NCBI GenBank assembly: GCA_002269645.1
Contig: NIVC01000106.1
Coordinates: forward strand, 310,001 to 374,000
DNA: 64,000 bases
DNA from: Macrostomum lignano
Taxonomy: Eukaryota
Direction of reading: 5' to 3'
Of the stretch, positions 1-10,400 are shown piece after piece; within the stretch, counting starts at the first letter, position 1; each line of letters opens with the position of its first letter. The translations under genes and the position numbers were made by a program. The notes beneath the pieces were generated by a model, which did no database searches, was not told the origin of the DNA, and saw only the letters and a program-made list of their open reading frames with translations.

Positions 1-310
1 GGATCCCAAATAAAATCCCAATCTGGATCCCAAATAAAATCCCAATCTAGATCCCAAATGAAATCCCAATCTGGATCCCAAATGAAATCCCAATCTGGAT
101 CACAAATAAAATCCCAATCTGGATCCTAAATAAAATCCCAATCTGGATCCCAAATAAAATCCCAATCTGGATCCTAAATAAAATCCCAATCTGGATCCCA
201 AATAAAATCTCAATCTAGATCCCAAATGAAATCCCAATCTGGATCACAAATAAAATCCCAATCTGGATCCCAAATAAAATCCCAATCTGGATTCTAAATC
301 AAATCCCTAA
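1..310. repeat. 24-bp tandem repeat (GGATCCCAAATAAAATCCCAATCT)n, about 12 copies, in USP5 intron 3
   Basis: Unit read directly; degenerates toward about 340. Confidence 0.9.
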
Positions 311-431
311 AATCCTACAATCCAGATCCCTCAAATCCCTAAAATCCCACAATCCAGATCTTCAAAAATATGAGAAGTTTCTCAATTCTTAATCTAAATT
401 CCCAAAATCCCAAAGCCGAGAATCCTCTCAC

Positions 432-1004
432 CAGCTCAGCAGCAGATTCGGGCTGATCCGCAGGAAATTTGAGCTCGACTTCGCCCGGCTGCAAACCGCC
501 GCAACCGCGCAAAAATCCGATATCGATAAACTCCGGCACGTCTAATTCTACGTCTAATTTCTTCGGGCACCAATTATTATCGATGGTGAACTTTCTGGCG
601 TGCAACAGCAGATAGTCGGGAAAGCTGGCCAAGCGACTCTGCTTACTAGCCGGTCCTTTAGCCTTAGTGGCTGGACTATAGAAATCTTCGATGCATTCAA
701 CAGCACTGAAGGCTTCTAGACAGGCTTTGAGAGACACCCGAGGCGGCGGGGCGCCCGAATCTCCAGTGCCAGCTCCATCCAAGGGAATGGGGAATGACAG
801 GGACAATTCCCGGCGACTCTTGTAGGCCACCTGACCCGACTGGCCGCACTGAAGCCGGTCTTCGATGTCGAAAGCGAACACTCGGCCGGGGTTGTCGGCT
901 TGGGCCAGACTGCTGCTTCGCTCCACCAGGGTGAGCAGGTGGAGAAAAAACTCGAAGGAATCCTGCTGCCGGCTGGTTGAGAACTCCGGGTGGCCACGAC
1001 CCAC
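432..1004 (-). CDS. USP5: USP5/USP13 (isopeptidase T) exon 3, catalytic UCH domain part
   Basis: VGRGHPEFSTSRQQDSFEFF...FPDYLLLHARKFT...PKKLDV motifs; CAG acceptor at 1007-1005, GTGAGA donor from 431; 573 nt, phase 0. UBA and His-box exons are outside the window. Confidence 0.88.
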
Positions 1005-1021
1005 CTGTCGAGGTTTGCGTG

Positions 1022-1460
1022 GGTCAGCTGGGTCAGCTAGTGGGTCACTAGTGTCAGCTGGGTCAGCTAGTGGGTCACTAGTGTCAGCTGGGTCAGCTAG
1101 TGGGTCACTAGTGTCAGCTGGGTCAGCTAGTGGGTCATTGATATGTTTCAGCTGGGTCAGCTAGTGGGTCATTGTCATTGATATGCATCAGATAGGTCAG
1201 CTGGTGGTTCATTGATGTGTCAGCTAAGTCAGCTAGTGGGTCATTGATGTGTCAGCTAGTGGTTCATTGATGTGTCAGCTAGTGGTTCATTGATGTGTCA
1301 GCTAGTGGTTCATTGATGTGTCAGCTAGTAGGTCATTGATGTGTCAGCTAGTGGGTCATTGATGTGTCAGCTAGTGGGTCATTGATGTGTCAGCTAGTGG
1401 GTCATTGATGTGTCAGCTTGGGTCATTGATATGCATCAGATGGGTCAGCTGGTGGGTCAG
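1022..1460. repeat. Intronic minisatellite of 23-30-bp units built on GTCAGCT(A/G)G
   Basis: Tandem GTCAGCTGGGTCAGCTAGTGGGTCACTAGT and GTCAGCTAGTGGTTCATTGATGT units. Confidence 0.85.
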
Positions 1461-1529
1461 CAAAGTTAACCATAAATAATGTCAGCACAATGAGTCAACA
1501 CTAAAACGAGTCCAACATCCCGGACTCAC

Positions 1530-2294
1530 CAGAGTCCTCAGCATCTGCGGCCGGATACCATAAGCTGGAGCCAGATCTCCCGGTTTCGGAGGCTGCTCAG
1601 GCTGCTGACCCTTAGCGGGTGCCGAGTACTTTCCAGACAGAAGTCCATCAGCCAGCTTAGCCAACTGAATATCCAGACTCGATACGGGATCGGACCTTTC
1701 CCTCTCCAATATGCCTGATCTACCATCGTAGTACCTTCGCACAAATGATGGCACAGCGAACAGCAGCTGCAGCACCGAGTTGATGTAGCAGGAGTTACCC
1801 AGATTGCGCAGACCGGTGAGACCCGGCCCACCAGCAGGCACCAGGGCTTTGCCAGTCTCCTGAATCGAATCCCACTCGCGCATGTTGGCTTCAATCTCCA
1901 ACTCATTCATAGTTTTATCAACTTTTCTCATAGCATTTAAATCGATACCAAAATGCTTGAGATGCTGCTCAAGCTTACTATCCAGCACCATATTATCCTC
2001 GGCATAAGAGTACACATCGGCGCCTTGAGCACAGATGGTGCCCAGTTTAACAGCCAGAGGATAGCCAGTCCTCTCATAGTGCTCAACAGCGTGGTTGTTG
2101 CCGCCGGAGCCGTCAAAGTAGCGCCGGCCGCACAGGATGGTGCCATCAGTCAGGTTTAGCCAGAGATTGTCGCGCTTATCACACTTGGCGCACTGCCAAC
2201 CGCTGGGCGGGATTTTAATCCCATTGTCCAGCTGGACTAGGCTGGAAGCGTGCTTGGACTCTTGGCGAGTCTCGCCCTCCCACGTGTTGCTGGC
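1530..2294 (-). CDS. USP5: USP5/USP13 exon 2: ZnF-UBP domain and Cys box
   Basis: [23 protein letters not shown]...NNHAVEHY zinc finger; GLTGLRNLGNSCYINSVLQ Cys box; TTCCAG acceptor at 2295, GTGAGT donor at 1529; 765 nt, phase 0. Confidence 0.92.
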
Positions 2295-2473
2295 CTGGAA
2301 GGGTAAAGTACATATTAACAACTTACTTTGTAGCTCAATATGCAACCTTGTACTTCTGGTCTGCTGAATATCCTTCTGAATTCTAAATTCAAAACTCAAA
2401 ACTCGAAACAGCGGTCGAACTTTACATATTGCCGCAATACAAAGTGGGCTATCTAGGGAATATTAAGATCTAT

Positions 2474-2735
2474 GGTTGTAGCCTAGTGGTTAGAGCATCA
2501 GACTCACGACTAAAAGGTCGGGGGTTCGATTCTCAATCAATCCACTCGGAAAAATTTGTGACTTTATTAAAGCCAGACACTTAACTCTCTGAATTGTTTC
2601 AGTTCACCCAGCTGTAAAATGGGTGCCAGCATTAGCTGGGGTAATTGAGGGTGCGCTTAGCGACCCACGACTTCTGGGATTGAACAGCCAGCGAGCGCCA
2701 GCAAGAAAAAAATGCCCACTTAAAAATTACAATTA
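2474..2735 (+). mobile_element. tRNA-derived SINE with a CORE-like domain in USP5 intron 1
   Basis: A box TAGCCTAGTGG, B box GGTTCGATTC (2523-2532), then TGTGAC...CACTTAACTCTCTG...CAGTT...CTGTAAAATGGG resembling the MIR CORE consensus; TTACAATTACA tail; no clear TSD. Confidence 0.6.
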
Positions 2736-2938
2736 CAGACGTCTAACTAATTAGATGACGAGACAATTAGCCCTAATAATACAGTTATAGTTACTCCTGC
2801 CGTTTACCTAAAATTACGGTAATTTTTGCTGTTTTCTTCATAAGGTACGCCACAGTTTTGGTGTAATCAGTTATTATTATTGTGTTTGTAAAAGTACAGT
2901 ATGCTCTTTCCACTCTTTCCAGAATAAACAATTCTCAC

Positions 2939-3418
2939 CTGAGCCAAAAGCTCCAAAGTGTGAGCCGATTGAGCAGCCAAAACTCCATCAATGCTTAATC
3001 TAATCCGTTCCGGCAAACAGTCATTTGGCAACGGCATAGCAACAGCTTCCGGCATCAGGTACAAAGAGTTGGATTCTTCAAACGAATACTGCGACTCATT
3101 GCCAGCAAAGCCATCGGCTGTGCCAATAGCCAATCTAGTTGGTTTCTTAGCTGGCGGATCTTCAACAACATTCGCTGGCACCTCTTTCCATCGACGAATG
3201 CGGCGATACTGCAGGTATAGTCTATGGCCGAACCTGGAGTAATACAACGGCAAGAAGTCTAGACCGACGCCGTGAAACGATTTCAAACAGATAAATAAGC
3301 CGTTAGGGCTCTCGGGATTGTCGCACGAATAGAGGCATTCGTCTTTGTAGACCCGACTGTGCTCAGTTGGAATTGAGCAGTGGCTATCCGCTAGGCTTGC
3401 TAGGAGTTGAGCGTCCAT
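2939..3418 (-). CDS. USP5: USP5/USP13 exon 1 (160 codons)
   Basis: MDAQ...RVYKDECLYSCDNPESPNGLFICL...KKPTRLAIG matches the USP5 N-terminus; CAG|GTGAGA donor at 2939/2938. Confidence 0.88.
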
Positions 3419-3586
3419 GGGCTTAGGTTGAAGTTTTTAGTAAGCTCAGTTGCTTTGCGTTGGCTTAATATAGTAGTAAAATAAGCTGAAAGATAAAGTG
3501 ATTAAGTTTAAGTTGGTTTTAATTAAGGACATTTCCAATGATGAATAAACATTTCCGAGTTCCGACTAGGAACTGGAAAATGCTTT

Positions 3587-4140
3587 TTAGAGATGGAAAC
3601 GGACATTTCCACAATGGAAACAGACATTTCCGCAATGGAAAGCGGACATTTCCACAATGGAAAACGGACATTTCCACAATGGAAAACGGACATTTCCACA
3701 ATGGAAACAGACATTTCCACAATGGAAACGGACATTTCCACAATGGAAAGCGGACATTTCCACAATGGAAACGGACATTTCCGCAATGGAAAGCGGACAT
3801 TTCCACAATGGAAACAGACATTTTCACAATGGAAAGCGGACATTTTCACAATGGAAAGCGGACATTTCCACAATGGAAACGGACATTTCCGCAATGGAAA
3901 CGGACATTTCCACAATGGAAGCGAGCATTTCCGCAATTGAAACGGACATTTCCACAATGGAAGCGAGCATTTCCGCAATTGAAACGGACATTTCCACAAT
4001 GGAAACGGACATTTCCACAATGGAAGCGAGCATTTCCGCAATTGAAACGGACATTTCCACAATGGAAGCGAGCATTTCCGCAATGGAAACGGACATTTCC
4101 ACAATGGAAGCGAGCATTTCCGCAATTGAAACAGACATTA
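3587..4140. repeat. 21-bp tandem repeat (AATGGAAACGGACATTTCCAC)n, about 26 copies, upstream of USP5
   Basis: Unit read directly; produces the METDIST/WKRTFPQ ORFs in all frames. Confidence 0.92.
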
Positions 4141-4789
4141 CTGCAGTCGAAATTTTCAAAACTAAAACGAAATTTTGAATTTCGGAATCCAGCTCCACTA
4201 ACAACTGATTATGGCAATTATTTATCCTAATTAATTAACTACACCAAAGCTTCATCACTCAGGATAAAAAAGACGTTTAACAAAACAAACCTTTGCTAGA
4301 ACAGAAAATAAAAAGCTATTTATCAAGCTCTTTAAATTCACTATTGCACTATTTACTTAAGCTTTATATAGTTTAAAACAGTATAACTGTTGTGAACTTA
4401 GATGTAAGAAAATAAGTCAAAAAGTGCAAAAAACTATTAAATAGAGAAGCTTGATAAAATAATATTATGACTAAGTATATAGAGGCACAGAAAACATTAC
4501 TTGTTCAAAATGAAATAGTGATAAAAATCAGAAAAATTCGGGCAATGTTTGCAGTGTACTATTGAAAATCAATGCTAGTTAGGCAAGAAGACTGCAATAT
4601 ACTGCAGTAAACGCTTAATATAACAGATAATAGAAATATAAAATATAAAGATTGTCTTTGAAATACTTATTGTATAAAATCGCATATATAAAGAAAACCT
4701 TACTAATTTCAGAAACTATATATATATAAAAGACTGACGTACAGTTAAGATTACGTAAATTGGGTGATGTCACGTGTCTTCTGTACGGG

Positions 4790-5630
4790 CAAGCCGGTAA
4801 GAGTGGGGGGATGGTGGGTCTGGCGTGTACACTGAGGGGCAGGCGGGTAGAAGTGAGGTGGTGGGTCCTAAGTGTACATTAAGGGCATGCAGGCAGGCCG
4901 GTAGGAGTGGGGTGGTGGATCTTGCGTGTACACTAAGGGGCAGGCGGGTAGAAGTGAGGTGGTGGGTCCTAAGTGTACATTAAGGGCATGCAGGCAGGCC
5001 GGTAGGAGTGGGGTGGTGGATCTTGCGTGTACACTAAGGGGCAGGCGGGTAGAAGTGAGGTGGTGGGTCCTAAGTGTACATTAAGGGCATGCAGGCAGGC
5101 CGGTAGGAGTGGGGTGGTGGATCTTGCGTGTACACTAAGGGGCAGGCGGGTAGAAGTGAGGTGGTGGGTCCTAAGTGTACATTAAGGGCATGCAGGCAGG
5201 CCGGTAGGAGTGGGGTGGTGGATCTTGCGTGTACACTAAGGGGCAGGCGGGTAGAAGTGAGGTGGTGGGTCCTAAGTGTACATTAAGGGCATGCAGGCAG
5301 GCCGGTAGGAGTGGGGTGGTGGATCTTGCGTGTACACTAAGGGGCAGGCGGGTAGAAGTGAGGTGGTGGGTCCTAAGTGTACATTAAGGGCATGCAGGCA
5401 GGCCGGTAGGAGTGGGGTGGTGGATCTTGCGTGTACACTAAGGGGCAGGCGGGTAGAAGTGAGGTGGTGGGTCCTAAGTGTACATTAAGGGCATGCAGGC
5501 AGGCCGGTAGGAGTGGGGTGGTGGATCTTGCGTGTACACTAAGGGGCAGGCGGGTAGAAGTGAGGTGGTGGGTCCTAAGTGTACATTAAGGGCATGCAGG
5601 CAGGCCGGTAGGAGTGGGTGGTGGGTCTTA
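4790..5630. repeat. 101-bp G-rich tandem repeat, about 8 copies, each unit made of two related halves
   Basis: CTTGCGTGT recurs at 4921, 5022 and 5123. Confidence 0.92.
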
Positions 5631-5942
5631 AGTGTACAAATTAAGAGGCAGGCGGCTGTTTTGTAATAATAAACTGGCAACCTCAAGATCACTCGGTTCA
5701 GATAGATAACACGACACAGACGGTGAAAAAGCAGGTAGAAGTAAATCAACTAGAATAAGCATTGACTAGAAGATTTTTGATTGATTATATCAGGTTCCGA
5801 AAAGCAATCGATAAAAAAATCGATCGACTTATTTATTAATCAACCCTGATGCTGATCGGCCTGCAGCTCGGCAACAGACTTCTCCGACTTTTTCATTTTG
5901 GCCATATCGATACCAAAATGCTTGAGATGCTGCTCAAGCTTA

Positions 5943-6913
5943 TGATGTGTTCCTTATTACCAGTCCTCAACTGTAATCAAGGAACAATCACTTCTAGCTC
6001 TGTAGCTAGGCAACCCAGTAATCAAATGAAGGTATTCAATTACCTTTGAGTCCTTAAATGAGAGCTCTCGTAATAATCCTCGTCCGTAGTATCGCGATCA
6101 GTAACTTTCCTGTCCTTCAGGAAGTTTAGGCGCCTGGTAACAGTTGATCTGGTCCGTTATCTCCTTTGTCCTCTTGACTTCTTGCCGGCCGGTATCTGTA
6201 GTTCGGACCAATCGGAAGCTTCCAAATTAACAATGGGGATCCCTGCGCCAAACTGCGGTTTAATATAAGCCTACTCCTTCTAGTAGTGCCTCTATGCACT
6301 CTAGGTATGGCTCCGGAAACCACTGATAGTCTTCTAAGATCTATCAGGGGCAGTCCTTCTGGAGACTGCAACCAGTGGAGTCTAAACAGACTCAAGAGTC
6401 TCAGCAGACTCAAATAAACTCAAGTCTCAATAGACTTGAGCGAGACGTCTCAACCAACGGGCGCAAATGAGTAAGGCTTACCGCAAGAACTCGTCCACGA
6501 CGCGAGTTTCTTCAGGAAGGCTTCACTAGAGCTTCCTCTTCGGAGCTTCTCTCTCTTGGAGATTTTCTGGCTCCGGGTCCGTTCCGGACCACTTGTATTT
6601 ATAGGCGTTCAGACCTCTCTCGAGGTCGTACATCACTGTCTTCGCAAATGTCAAAGGGTCACGATTCGGTGGCTGTCAAGCATGACAGGGTAGAAAGTTG
6701 CGCAACTAGTCTACTGTAAAAGCGCATGATTGGTTACCGTAGCTGGTAGACTTTGATTGGTTCATCCGGGTGCAACCCGAGTGCAAACCAAATGATGACT
6801 TGAAGGTGGGGTTTGAGTTTGAGTTTAGTAGTATTTAGTTTACTACTAAATAAAATGTGTGAGTAGTACATTAACACTTTTATGTCTTCTTACGGGAGGT
6901 AGAACACTCTACA
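5943..6913 (-). repeat. 3' LTR (971 bp)
   Basis: Minus strand TGTAGAG...CACATCA; TATAAAT box near 6596-6602; no difference from 15472-16442 seen by eye. Confidence 0.95.
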
Positions 6914-6930
6914 AAATCTCCCATGTTTAC
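6914..6930 (-). promoter_or_regulatory. Candidate polypurine tract (AAACATGGGAGA) next to the 3' LTR
   Basis: Position is right, but the tract is short and imperfect. Confidence 0.35.
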
Positions 6931-7131
6931 AAAAAACTCGTCCCGAGTTTTAAATAGAGGATTGAAACGCATAAAAAGTTCAAGCATGTCTTTATAATAA
7001 TCATTTGTCACAAGTGTTACAGGTATTTAGTAATGGGTAGTTAAGAGCGTTGGTTATAAAAGTTATTTAAAGGTAAGTATACGCATGCAAATAAAATGTT
7101 TTTGGTTACAGTATTGACATGTGCGCCAAGA

Positions 7132-7344
7132 CTAACAATAGGCGCACTGCCGCAAACTACTTCTACCTATCGGGCAATTCTGCCAGAGCTGAATATAATG
7201 TGAGTCGCTTAAATATTGTCCGCATATGCGATGTCTGTTTTCACAAATAATTGGTGGCTTGACAGCCAAGTCATCAGTTAAACATATTGGGCATTCGTAG
7301 AGTTGCTGTAGTTGGGGCGCCTGTTTGGACAGTGCGTTGCCCAT
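7132..7344 (-). CDS. Small accessory ORF (70 aa) with a degenerate SINA-type RING finger and MGxxxS N-terminus
   Basis: MGNALSK; CPIC...PPIICENRHRICGQY...CPIGR; lies between the pol stop and the 3' LTR. Confidence 0.5.
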   Translation of the reverse strand: MGNALSKQAPQLQQLYECPICLTDDLAVKPPIICENRHRICGQYLSDSHYIQLWQNCPIGRSSLRQCAYC

Positions 7345-7455
7345 TGTCGTCGTCGCTTGAAGTTTGAAGTCGCTCAGATTAGTCGCCTCTTACGACAAGC
7401 TTGCGAAGCTGTAGAGCTATTCTGACCCGGTCTCTACACGGGTTGTTTTCGCAAC

Positions 7456-10400
7456 TTAACGAGGTCGCAGATTGTAGCCATGTTGCTGGTTCTCGGTTGA
7501 TGTTTGTGTCTCCTCGTGTTTTGTTGCGATGTGGCGGTTCGCCGAACGCGTGCGATCAGCGTTGTCTAGTGACGGTAAAAACGTTGTCGTGTCAGTGTTG
7601 ATCTTCTTTAGTCGATGAATGTGCACGTAGAATTGGTGCTGATGAGGATCTTGCACATTGGCCAGGCGTGCCGTTGTCGGTGACGTTAGTTGGACCACTC
7701 GATATGGTCCTTTGTACTTCTGTGCGTGTTTGTGCGTCTGTTGCGGCGGATAGTGCAGGTAGACGATGTCGCCGGCTGTCAGAGTTGTCGATCTCGTGTC
7801 GGTGCCGGTGGTTAGAGCCACCTGATTGTCGATGTTGTGCTTGGCTACTTTCCATGCGAGGTGTAGTTGCGTGACGAACTTTTGAATGGACGTCGGGACT
7901 TCCACATATTGCGATGGTAGTAGTTGCTGTGCCAATAGGTTTGGCGGCTGGAAGTCTCGCCCAAACATTAGAAAGAATGGCGTATTGTCCGTTGATCGAT
8001 GAATAGCGCTGTTGTAGGCCATTGTTACTGCTTGCAGGTAGATGATCCAGTCTTCCGGCTGTTGATGCGCGAAGTGTGTAATCATCTCGTGCAGGTTGCG
8101 GTGAAACCGTTCAACCATGTTCGCCTTCGGATTGTAGGTCGATGTGTAGATCTGCGTAATGTTGAGAATCTTCACAACTTGCTGAAACAGTTGAGACGTA
8201 AACTGCGATCCGTTGTCTGACGTAAGATTCTTCGGCGTGCCGTACTTGCAGATGATGTCGTTGAAAAAGCTCATTGCCACCGTCTGAGCTGTGATGTCCG
8301 GTATCGGTATGGCGATAGCAAACTTCGAGAAGATATCCAAGGCGGTTAGGATGTAGGTGTAGGCTATGCCCTGGAGACAGCTCGGTGGTAGCGGTCCGGT
8401 GATGTCGATGCTTAGACAGTCCATTGTAGTCGACTTCGGAATGGACTGTAGCTGCGGTTTCTGTCGTCGTCCTGTCTTTGATGCAGCACATGAATGGCAG
8501 TTGTTGCAATACTGCTTGATGTCGCCGTACATAGTTGGCCAAAAGTAGTATTGTCCCACTCTCGCGATGGTCTTTGCGGCCGACAGGTGTCCAGCGAGTG
8601 GGTTGTCGTGCAGCTCGTTGAGAATTGCTTGCCGAAACGAATATGGTATGTAGATTTTAGGTTTGTTGTCACTCATCCAGTAGAGTCGTGACTTGTTGAT
8701 TGTTAAATGTTGTCGCTGCTTGCGCAGGAATTTTCGTTCCACGGGGCTGAGCTTGATGTCCTTGTCGTTGTTTTTAACTGCTATGTAGAAGTTGTCGTGT
8801 TCCGTCTCATCCACCAATTCCTTGATGTTAGGGATTGGATGAATGGCGTTGACTTCGTAGGCTCTTGACAGGGCGTCCGCGGCCTTGTTAGTAATTCCTG
8901 GTTTGTAGACGAGCTTGTAGTTGTAGTCCTGGATCTTGAGTGTCATCCTGATGAGTCGGTTGTTTGTTTGTCCTTTTGTAGTTACGACGTAGGTCAGCGG
9001 TGCGTGATCTGTGCGTACTATCGTCTGTAATGGAGATCCATAGATGTAGTAGTGAAACTGTCGTAGGGCGAACAGAACTCCTAGTAGTTCTCGTTCCGTA
9101 GCTGACCATTTTGTCTCATTCGGTTTAAGTGCTCGACTGACGTAGGCTATAGGTCGTTCCTTTTTGTCTTCAGTTTCCTGTAGTAGGACTGCTCCGAGTC
9201 CCGTTCCTGAGGCGTCTGTCTCGATGATGAAGGGTTTGTCGAAGTCCGGATGCTGTAGCAGTGCGTCTGATGTCAGCTGTCGTTTGATTTCGTCAAAACT
9301 TTCTTGTTGCTTTTGTGTCCAATTCTCCTGCTTCCATTTGTCGAACTTGAGCAGGTCGTACAGCGGCTTTGCTGTCTTCGCGAAGTTGGGTAAGAACTTT
9401 CGGAAGTATTGCGCAAGTCCAAGAAATGATTGGACCTTCGTTTTGCTAGTTGGCGTAGGAAACTTTTTCACTTTATCCACGTTGTCTGGGTCCGGTGAAA
9501 TTCCTTTGGCTGTCACCTGATGTCCCAGGTAACGCACGTTGTCTCGGAAGAATTTGCATTTAGTTGGTTGTAGCTTCAGACCTTGACGTTGTATAAGCGC
9601 GAGGGCCTTCTCCGTCGCTTCATAGAGTCGTTCGAAGTCTTCTCCGTAGGCCAAGATGTCGTCAACATAGTGCAACAGGTTCGTGCATCCTGCAAGCATG
9701 TATGCTGTTAGTCGGCTCATCGTTGCTGGGCTGTTGCTGAGTCCCATCGGCGATCGATTGTACTCGTATACTTGTCCATTGTAGGTTTTGAAAGCCGTGT
9801 ACTGTCGTGACTCTTTCTCGATTTCAATTTGCCAAAATCCATGACGTAGATCGAACACTGTGAACAATTTTGCCGTGTTGAGCTTTGCTAGTAGTTCGGA
9901 GATCTTCGGTAGGCTTTGCTGATCCGTCGGTATGTACTTGTTCAGTAGTCTGAAGTCACATACGAGTCGTCTTTCGTTAGTCTCCTTCTTTTGCACCAAG
10001 AGACATGGTGATGAGTATGCTGAAATGGCTTTGCTGATGATGCCGTGTTTCAGCATTTTGTCGATAATCTCATCGAAGTGCTGTTGCAGATGCTTGGCGA
10101 TCGGGTACGGTTTGCACTGAATTGGTTCCGTGTGCGGCAGAAGTTTGATTTCCTGTTTGATGTCCTTGGCTCGTCCGATGTCGTAGTCATGGTGGCAGAA
10201 AGCGTCGTTGTACTTCCACAACAGCTGTCGAACTTTCCTCTTTTGCTGTTCCGTAATCGGGCTGTCATCCAAATTGATCTTCTTTTGAAATTCTTCCTCT
10301 GTTAGTCGTGGAGTCGCTTGCTCAATCAGCATAACCGATGCTTGGGTGTTGAGATGACCGATGCACATTCCTTGTCGTAGATGAACCGTTTCTGTGTTCG

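Noticed and set aside
2474-2545. tRNA gene call here and at 35090-35160
   Set aside because: A and B boxes are present but the acceptor stems do not close, and both continue into SINE bodies or tails.
3519-4230. METDIST/WKCPF repeat ORFs on both strands, and NF-kB-like GGACATTTCC sites upstream of USP5
   Set aside because: ORFs arise in all frames from a stop-poor 21-bp repeat; the motif is not a true kB consensus and nothing supports function.
6126-6413. 95-aa ORF in each LTR (also 15655-15942)
   Set aside because: No ATG-supported start or recognisable domain; identity only reflects LTR identity.
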